A stretch of DNA of 64,000 nt from an uncultured bacterium (GTDB taxonomy: Bacteria > Verrucomicrobiota > Verrucomicrobiia > Verrucomicrobiales > DEV007): the NCBI GenBank assembly GCA_963977015.1, contig CAXBMO010000002.1, forward strand, positions 288,001 through 352,000. The letters run 5' to 3'. A model generated the notes under the pieces. The model made no database searches. It had not been told where the DNA came from and was given only the letters and a program-made list of their open reading frames with translations. Shown piece after piece: positions 57,317 to 64,000 of the stretch. The position numbers and the translations under genes are program-made. How positions within the stretch are numbered: position 1 is the first letter of the stretch; the number at the start of each line of letters is the position of its first letter.

Positions 57317-58666
57317 TTAGGAATCGTAGGAGGCAACCATGTCGCCATAAGCTGGCGCACCGTGCTCACCGATATCCAAACCTTCTTCCTCTTCTTCTTC
57401 GCTAACGCGGACGCCCATTACAACTTTGAGCAGGCCGAAGACGATCATCGAGAAGACGAATGCCCATGCAGAGTAAGTAAGCGTGCCAATCAACTGAGTG
57501 ATCACATTTGGCTCTCCGAAGATGCCAACTGCGAGCGTTCCCCAGATACCGCAAACGCCGTGAACGGAGATTGCACCAACCGGATCGTCGATCTTGATTT
57601 TGTCGAAGAACAGGATGGCGAAGACCACCAAAGCACCTGCGACGAGTCCGATGATAACTGCGGAAGCGATTCCAACAGAATCGGCACCAGCCGTGATACC
57701 GACCAAACCGGCCAAGATACCGTTCAGGGCCATCGAAAGGTCAGGCTTACGAAGGAAAATTGATGAAGTAAGGATTGAGGACAAAGCACCGGCCGAAGCA
57801 GCAAGAGCCGTTGTCACACAAACGTAGGAAACAAGAACCGGATCAGCATTCAGAACAGATCCGCCGTTGAATCCGAACCAGCCGAGCCAGAGGAGAAACA
57901 CCCCGATGGTTGCCAATGGCATGCTGGATCCAAGAATTGGTTTGATTCCACTGTCCGTGTATTTGCCCTTCCGTGCTCCCAAGAGGAGAACACATGCAAG
58001 TGCAGCAAATCCACCGAAGGCGTGCACGATTGAGGAACCGGCGAAATCGTAGAAGCCCATTCCGTCGAGGAAACCACCACCCCACTTCCAAGAACCGGAA
58101 ATTGGGTATGCGATAGCAACCAGGAGGGTTGCGAAGATCATGAAGCTGGGGAGCTTGACGCGCTCAGCAACAGCTCCGGAAACGATCGTCGCCGCCGTAG
58201 CTGCGAACATCGACTGGAAGAGGAAATCCGCCCAAGTCGTCATATCAAGCCCATACTCTCCAGGAGTCGTAATGCTTGTATCCTCAAGTGAGGACATTCC
58301 GGGAATGAAAGGACCAGCGAATCCGAAGATTCCTGCAGAGTCTTCTCCGAATCCTGGATACATCATGTTAAATCCACAAATCCAATAGGTCATAATACCC
58401 ATGGAGATGATGAACACGTTCTTGAAGAGGATGTTGACCGTATTTTTTGAGCGAGTCAGGCCAGACTCGAGAGTAGAAAAGCCGAGGTGCATGGTGAAAA
58501 CCAGAAACGCGGCAATCAAGATCCACAGGTTGTCAGTCACGAAGACTGCTTCCCCGCGGGGGTAGGCATCAACTGCTTCCTCAGCCATCAGGGAAAGACT
58601 GCTAGCGAAAAAGACGCCAGCAAGCGTGCCCAGGCTCAAGAGAAGCTTATTTGGTGATAGGTTCAT
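57317..58666 (-). CDS. amt: Ammonium transporter (Amt family)
   Basis: FAATAATIVSGAVAER, DFAGSSIVH, WFGFNGGS, DDPVGAISVHG (twin His intact). Confidence 0.95.
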   Translation of the reverse strand: MNLSPNKLLLSLGTLAGVFFASSLSLMAEEAVDAYPRGEAVFVTDNLWILIAAFLVFTMHLGFSTLESGLTRSKNTVNILFKNVFIISMGIMTYWICGFNMMYPGFGEDSAGIFGFAGPFIPGMSSLEDTSITTPGEYGLDMTTWADFLFQSMFAATAATIVSGAVAERVKLPSFMIFATLLVAIAYPISGSWKWGGGFLDGMGFYDFAGSSIVHAFGGFAALACVLLLGARKGKYTDSGIKPILGSSMPLATIGVFLLWLGWFGFNGGSVLNADPVLVSYVCVTTALAASAGALSSILTSSIFLRKPDLSMALNGILAGLVGITAGADSVGIASAVIIGLVAGALVVFAILFFDKIKIDDPVGAISVHGVCGIWGTLAVGIFGEPNVITQLIGTLTYSAWAFVFSMIVFGLLKVVMGVRVSEEEEEEGLDIGEHGAPAYGDMVASYDS

Positions 58667-58773
58667 AAGGTAGGTTAGTGTTGTTTCGTTTGAAGAATCC
58701 AACGAGGGGGAGCCTCGCTGGAGCTCGGAAGGTTTACTCACTTAAGCAAACCAACTCGTGGCAAGAGAGCTAA

Positions 58774-58789
58774 AGCATTGTCCGTGCCA
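58774..58789 (-). promoter_or_regulatory. sigma54 (-24/-12) promoter of amt
   Basis: Minus strand TGGCAC-GGACA-ATGCT (GG-N10-GC). Confidence 0.75.
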
Positions 58790-58840
58790 AGTTTTGAAAA
58801 ACACCGTAAAACCGCAAAAACCTTTCCTATCACGCCTCCC

Positions 58841-58862
58841 CAGTGTCAGCTTTTGAACACTG
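58841..58862. promoter_or_regulatory. Candidate enhancer (UAS) for a sigma54 activator
   Basis: CAGTGT-N10-ACACTG inverted repeat about 50-70 bp upstream of the -24 element. Confidence 0.5.
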
Positions 58863-58881
58863 TTAATTACCAGGGCTCTCC

Positions 58882-60087
58882 CTAGCCCCTTCGAATCTCC
58901 GAACCTTTGAAGTAGATTCGAATTCGGTAAACGGTGTTAGGACGAAACCCAATCTCACCCGTCTTCAAATCGACGCGATCCGGCACGCGATTCAGTTGTT
59001 TATCAACTACCGCGTGGAATCCGCGCTCAGAAAAAATGTCGATCAACATGGCGAGAGCGAGCGGATTGGAAAGCACCTCATCCTCCGTATTGACGACGGC
59101 GCGCCCTGAAATGGCATGCCGCTCTACGATTGGCATAAATCGCTCACCCACCAAATCGACGACCTGTTGAAAAAGCTCGCAGTGGTCTCGTGCGTAGGAA
59201 TCCATACGCTTCACCAATTCCTGACGGGCATGCACAACAATCTCGCTGGCGAGTGGGATTCCCCGGACGACCTCAAACGTGCTGGGCTCCAGTTCGAGCG
59301 AACTCTGGTAAGTCAACTCCTGAAGAATATTCTCCTCCACCTCCTCAATCGAGCCCTGGGCATTCACCAGGTGATAGAAAAAGATCTCTTTGAGAGACTG
59401 GAGCGCATCCCAGGTCTTCTCCTTAAATACCCGGTATCGATGTTGAGCCGCCTTGACGTCCAGATCGGTCGCCCGGAGCTCCAACTTCTCGCCCAGCCCG
59501 GTCAGCTCCACTTCCTCGTTGTGCCGCTGGATCTCCTTTCCACGGCTCAACTGACGTTCCACACTGGTCTTCTCATCCACAAAAAGGACCATGACATGGA
59601 TCGTCGGACGTCGAAACTGGCCCGCTTGCGGCGTATTCTTGTGTTCGCGATGCAGCCCGCCGATCTTGGCGACCAACAGCTTCATGCACTCCACCTGAAT
59701 CTTGGTGCGCGGAAACCCATCAAGCACCGCTCCGTCGCGGAATTCCGGTTGGAGCATCTTGCGAAACAGGATCCCAATCACTTCGCGATCGCCCACCATC
59801 TGCCCGCGATCCTTGAGGTCTTTGGCCTCCTCACTGTTGAGCAGAGAACTGACGATAATGGGCCGGCAGGTCAGCCCTCGCGCTTTCAGAATGAACTCGG
59901 TGTTGGTGCCCTTTCCGGAGCCCGGCGCGCCTCCAAGGAGAATGATTTCTTTGGGAAAGCGCAGACTCTCGTGTCCCACCTCGTCTTCCAGCGCGTCCCA
60001 AGCCGCATCAAAAATCAGTTTGGCATCCTTGATCTCAACATCTTGGATCGGAACAGAATTTTGAGAAGGTGCCTGGGGCTCAGTCAT
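58882..60087 (-). CDS. Adenylate kinase-like nucleoside monophosphate kinase with C-terminal extension
   Basis: GGAPGSGKGT P-loop, LDGFPRT..Q; 401 aa. Confidence 0.8.
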   Translation of the reverse strand: MTEPQAPSQNSVPIQDVEIKDAKLIFDAAWDALEDEVGHESLRFPKEIILLGGAPGSGKGTNTEFILKARGLTCRPIIVSSLLNSEEAKDLKDRGQMVGDREVIGILFRKMLQPEFRDGAVLDGFPRTKIQVECMKLLVAKIGGLHREHKNTPQAGQFRRPTIHVMVLFVDEKTSVERQLSRGKEIQRHNEEVELTGLGEKLELRATDLDVKAAQHRYRVFKEKTWDALQSLKEIFFYHLVNAQGSIEEVEENILQELTYQSSLELEPSTFEVVRGIPLASEIVVHARQELVKRMDSYARDHCELFQQVVDLVGERFMPIVERHAISGRAVVNTEDEVLSNPLALAMLIDIFSERGFHAVVDKQLNRVPDRVDLKTGEIGFRPNTVYRIRIYFKGSEIRRG

Positions 60088-60262
60088 GATGGATCACACG
60101 ATTAGGCGTTCTCACAGGCGGCTTGTCAAGAATCCATCCACGGGACGAAGACCCCGGATGGAAAAGAGGTCTTCCGAATCGTAGTCGGCAAACTGGCGGA
60201 GCTTCCAATCTCAGCCACAAATTGCGATCTCGTAGCATCATTTTCTCTCTGAGATAACCACA

Positions 60263-60278
60263 TGGCATCATCCTTGCT
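60263..60278 (+). promoter_or_regulatory. sigma54 (-24/-12) promoter upstream of the large surface protein
   Basis: TGGCAT-CATCC-TTGCT. Confidence 0.7.
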
Positions 60279-60327
60279 TAGGCCGGAACCGCTAACACAG
60301 CAGCTCTTCTACCACCTTCCCTAAGAC

Positions 60328-63300
60328 ATGCACACAGAACCTAGGCTCGTCCGATTTATCAGACGTCTCCACCGCCGTGCCGATGCGCAAACGGCAACCG
60401 AACGCCGGCTCCATTTCGAAAGTCTCGAAGCCCGCATCCTCTATTCTGCCGCTCCAGTTGAAGGCGGCGAAGCTCAAACACCTTCCCCGATCGAAGAAGG
60501 AGAACCGATCGCCGACCACGTTGCCTCTTCGTTTTCCGAGTCGGTTCATCCAGAGTTGGAGCTACCGAACGCTCCTTCCACGACTGACGACGTTGCGGAA
60601 ATCCCCGCCGAACCTGAAATCACGGATGAATCCCAGTTTTTTAGCATCGGACCGGATTCTATAGTGATCGGGGCGGACGATGCGGAAGAACCGGCTGAGT
60701 TGTTTTACAGCTTGTCACCGGAACACGAAACCACGGTCCTAACCCAGGAGCAGGTTGAGGATTTGGCCGCAGCAGCTGCCGAACGCTGGGGCAAGACCGG
60801 CCTCACGGCCGAGCAATCCACCGCACTTGCCAACGTGACTTACCAGCTTGCAGATCTCTCCGGCAACTTCCTTGGCGCGATGGAGGGCGACGTTATCACC
60901 ATCGATCTGGATGCCGCAGGCCGGGACTGGTTCGTCGATGCAACGCCACTGGAGGATGAGGAGTTTGTCTCCTCGCCGGATTCGCCGACGCGGTTGATCG
61001 CGGAAATGGACAGTGCGGCTGATAACAAAGTGGACTTGCTGTCCATTTTGTTACACGAACAGGGCCATATCTTGGGCCTGGACGATATTTCGGCCAGCGT
61101 TAATTCGGGAGACGTGATGAATCAGTGGTTCGTCGAAAGCGAGCGGAGAGTCGCAACGGACGGACAGGCCGAAGGCGCGGTCGCCGGGAGTCTGGAAGGC
61201 GTTCACCATGCCTCACTGGCGGGCGATATCGCGTTTGTCGGATACAATGCAGATGGAGACAAGGACTTTGCGATTGTGGCACTAAGTGATATCGCAGCGA
61301 ACAGCATCATTTATTTTACCGACAACGAACCGAGTGAATCCGGAGGATTAATCGACACCAATGAAGGCGTTTTAACCTGGAATTCCGGGGAGAGCGTCCT
61401 TTCCGCCGGGACGGTGGTGATTTTCACGGACCTGGACAACGATAGCAATCCAAACTTTGGCGCAAGCATTGGGGACTTAGCGCGAACGTCGGGTAATTTC
61501 AATCCTGCGGTGGGTGGTGACGGTATTTATGCTTATTTGGGCACTGACAACGTGAACCCAACCACGTTTCTTGCCGCCATTGCAAATGACGACTTTGGTT
61601 CTGCCGAAACCGGCACTCCGGCGAACGCAGGGCTTTCAAAAGGAACGACGGCTGTTGAGTTTAATACCACCAATCACGATGGAGGGGTCTACACTGGCCC
61701 GCGTTCCGGCAAAGCCAGCTTTTCAGAATACCTGGCGGAGATTGGCGATCCCACAAACTGGTCGACCAATTCGAGCGATGGAGAAACGTTGCTTCCTTTT
61801 TCCACCACCTCGTTCACTGTAACCTCATCCCCACCCACCACGGTCTACGTCAAGAATACCTGGACGGAGCAGAGCGACATCACCGATGGAGACGGCGATC
61901 TGGAAGCCGCAGGCACGCAGACGGCAACGTTTGGAACCAATGCGTTCGGGGATCTCGCCACGGCGATCGCCAATTTGGATACGACTCAGCCAGTCACGTT
62001 AATTGTGAATGCGGGGACTTATGGGGATCTGGATCTGAGTGGTCTCACCAACAACGTCACCGTGAAGATCGTTGAAGACCAAGCCGCAGGAAGTGCATCC
62101 ACTACGATCGGAGAGCTTACCGGCTCCAACAATGTCACTCTGGAACTTGGCAACATCGATGGGACCCACACAACGGCGACAAGCCTAACCGTGGCCAGCG
62201 GAAATTTCGAGGGAGTCATCAGCGGCGACGGTGGATTGGTGAAAACAGGCACCGGCACATTGACGCTCGGTGGAGCCAACAGCTACGCGGGCACGACGAC
62301 AATTGCGGCGGGAAGACTCTCCGCAACCAATTCCGGAGCACTTGGCACAAGTTCGGTGGCGCTGGATGGAGGAATCCTGAGAACCAACGTAAGCCTTACC
62401 AACGACATCAGCCTGGACGATGTGACCACGTCGTTTTCCAATACGATTGAGGTAGACGGGAACTACCACATTCTCAGCGGGAAGATATCTGGCGCAGGAG
62501 GACTCACGGTGGGTGAGGTTGGAGGTGGGGCCGACGGATTGGCGTTGTCCAATTCGGCGAATGATTTCCAGGGCGATGTCTCCTTCACCGGTGATAACGT
62601 CTATCTGAGGCTCGATGCCGACGAGGTCATCACGGATACCGCTACCATCTATCTCAACGGTAACGCGCTCAAGCTCCAGGGCGAAAACCGGACGGAAACC
62701 ATCGCGGGACTCAGTGGCGACGGACGGATCTTTGCTTCCAATTCCGGAAATGGCCCCACGCTACGGGTCGGGGCCGGGGATGCCACGAGTGAATTTTCAG
62801 GGCAATTCGGTGGCGGCGGCGGAGCCAATGATAAGAACATCAATCTCGAAAAGATCGGCAGTGGAACATTGACGCTCTCTGGAAGTAATTCCAACTATAC
62901 CGGAACCACGACCATTACTGCGGGCAGGCTCTTCACCACCGATTCCGCAGCGCTTGGGGCAAGCTCCTTGGTTATGAATGGTGGAATCTTGAAGACCAAT
63001 GTGAGTCTCGCCAACGACATTAGCCTGGATGATGTGACCACAACGACGTCCAACGCGATTGAAGTCGATGGTAACTACCATGTTCTGAGTGGAAAGATTG
63101 CGGGAGCCGGAGGGCTGACGGTGGATGAAGTCGGCGGGGGCAGCGACGGCTTGGCGTTGTCCAACTCGGCCAACGACTTTCAGGGGGACGTTACGATAAC
63201 GGGAACCAGTGTATTTTTGCGACTCGATGCTAACGAAGTTATTCCTGACACAGCAAGCGTTTTTGTGGGTGCCGGTGGCAACCTAAGGATCGAAGGGGAT

Positions 63301-64000
63301 GGTCGGACGGAAACAATCGCAGGCCTCAACGGCAGCGGTCGGATATTCGCCTCCAGCCCAACCATCGAATCCATGCTGATCGTTGGATCTGGCAACGCTA
63401 CTAGCGAATTTTCCGGCTATATTGGCGGGGGAAATGCCAACAACAAGAACATCAGCCTGGAAAAGATCGGCGATGGAACGTTGACGCTATCAGCCTCGAA
63501 TTCGAACTACACAGGCTCGACAACGGTCTCTTCGGGAACTTTGCTGGTGACCGGAGATAGCTCGAGCACGACCGGTCAGGTAACGGTGAACGCCAACGCC
63601 ACACTGGGTGGAACGGGCACCGTTGGGGGTGACGTCACCATCGACGACGATGGAATTCTTGCCCCGGGCGTGAGCGGCGCGGGTACGTTGACAGTTGGCA
63701 ACTTGATCCTCAATGGCGATCTCCAAACCCAGATCAACGGCGTCGATACGGCTGGAACGGACTACGATCAATTGATCGTGGATGGCACCGTCACTCTGGG
63801 CGCTACCGCGGCCTTGGTTGCCAGTGGAAGCACCAGTTCGAATGGCACGATCACAATCCTCTCGAATGATTCAACCGACGCCATCGGAGGGAGCGCAGCC
63901 TTCAGCAACTTCGCCGAAGGCGATACGGTGACGGTCAATGGAAAGAATTTTTTCATCACCTATGCGGGGGACACCGACAGCAACGACGTTGTCCTAACCC
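60328..64000 (+). CDS. Very large extracellular protein (partial): LEPR-XLL-type N-terminus, HExGH domain, autotransporter-associated beta-strand repeats
   Basis: ORF from ATG 60328 with no stop seen before the window end, so it is absent from the ORF track; FESLEARILYSA; LLHEQGHILGL; GGLVKTGTGTLTLGGANSYAGTTTI-type repeats. Confidence 0.85.
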   Translation, partial: MHTEPRLVRFIRRLHRRADAQTATERRLHFESLEARILYSAAPVEGGEAQTPSPIEEGEPIADHVASSFSESVHPELELPNAPSTTDDVAEIPAEPEITDESQFFSIGPDSIVIGADDAEEPAELFYSLSPEHETTVLTQEQVEDLAAAAAERWGKTGLTAEQSTALANVTYQLADLSGNFLGAMEGDVITIDLDAAGRDWFVDATPLEDEEFVSSPDSPTRLIAEMDSAADNKVDLLSILLHEQGHILGLDDISASVNSGDVMNQWFVESERRVATDGQAEGAVAGSLEGVHHASLAGDIAFVGYNADGDKDFAIVALSDIAANSIIYFTDNEPSESGGLIDTNEGVLTWNSGESVLSAGTVVIFTDLDNDSNPNFGASIGDLARTSGNFNPAVGGDGIYAYLGTDNVNPTTFLAAIANDDFGSAETGTPANAGLSKGTTAVEFNTTNHDGGVYTGPRSGKASFSEYLAEIGDPTNWSTNSSDGETLLPFSTTSFTVTSSPPTTVYVKNTWTEQSDITDGDGDLEAAGTQTATFGTNAFGDLATAIANLDTTQPVTLIVNAGTYGDLDLSGLTNNVTVKIVEDQAAGSASTTIGELTGSNNVTLELGNIDGTHTTATSLTVASGNFEGVISGDGGLVKTGTGTLTLGGANSYAGTTTIAAGRLSATNSGALGTSSVALDGGILRTNVSLTNDISLDDVTTSFSNTIEVDGNYHILSGKISGAGGLTVGEVGGGADGLALSNSANDFQGDVSFTGDNVYLRLDADEVITDTATIYLNGNALKLQGENRTETIAGLSGDGRIFASNSGNGPTLRVGAGDATSEFSGQFGGGGGANDKNINLEKIGSGTLTLSGSNSNYTGTTTITAGRLFTTDSAALGASSLVMNGGILKTNVSLANDISLDDVTTTTSNAIEVDGNYHVLSGKIAGAGGLTVDEVGGGSDGLALSNSANDFQGDVTITGTSVFLRLDANEVIPDTASVFVGAGGNLRIEGDGRTETIAGLNGSGRIFASSPTIESMLIVGSGNATSEFSGYIGGGNANNKNISLEKIGDGTLTLSASNSNYTGSTTVSSGTLLVTGDSSSTTGQVTVNANATLGGTGTVGGDVTIDDDGILAPGVSGAGTLTVGNLILNGDLQTQINGVDTAGTDYDQLIVDGTVTLGATAALVASGSTSSNGTITILSNDSTDAIGGSAAFSNFAEGDTVTVNGKNFFITYAGDTDSNDVVLT
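62240..63540 (+). repeat. Intragenic tandem duplication, period 612 nt (204 aa)
   Basis: AACGACAT.AGCCTGGA.GATGTGACC at 62401 and 63013; AAGAACATCA..CT.GAAAAGATCGGC at 62833 and 63445. Confidence 0.85.

Noticed and set aside
58844-58859. LexA-like half site upstream of amt (TGTTCAAAAG on the minus strand)
   Set aside because: The second half site does not fit N4 spacing; better explained as a sigma54 activator site
60262-60324. 20-codon ORF in frame with the large surface protein, suggesting readthrough
   Set aside because: Ends in TAA, and its ATG is part of the sigma54 -24 element, upstream of the predicted TSS
1-64000. CRISPR arrays, tRNA/rRNA, transposases, prophage or known defence operons
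   Set aside because: None recognised by eye; the cyclase gene lacks an adjacent Pycsar-type effector

Overview
About 64 kb of chromosome from a PVC-superphylum bacterium, most likely Verrucomicrobiota (inferred from SHD1, DUF1501, PVC-type dehydrogenase and LEPR-XLL proteins, and Verrucomicrobia-type LexA boxes). It holds about 45 genes: housekeeping (secG, recG, nuoA, uppS, ispE, a UvrD/Rep helicase, hisN-like, amt), envelope (LpxL-WaaF fusion, RfaE2-PurN fusion, Bat-type proteins), secreted hydrolases, a partial ast operon, and the 5' part of a very large surface protein that runs off the window. I recognised no rRNA, tRNA, CRISPR array or transposase. The strongest unannotated signals are: (1) a 55-codon ORF at 26826-26993, apparently leaderless, whose promoter carries two perfect TGTTC-N4-GAACA LexA boxes and whose C-terminus has a QLxLxL beta-clamp-type motif, making it a candidate SOS-induced clamp-binding microprotein; (2) a secreted thioredoxin-fold selenoprotein (UGGC) split by an in-frame UGA and followed by a SECIS-like hairpin; (3) a membrane protein with three tandem class III cyclase-like domains; (4) a tandem pair of degenerate stand-alone HATPase_c proteins; (5) two sigma54 promoters and a roughly 143-nt structured intergenic element. 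All calls come from reading the sequence by eye; no searches were run.
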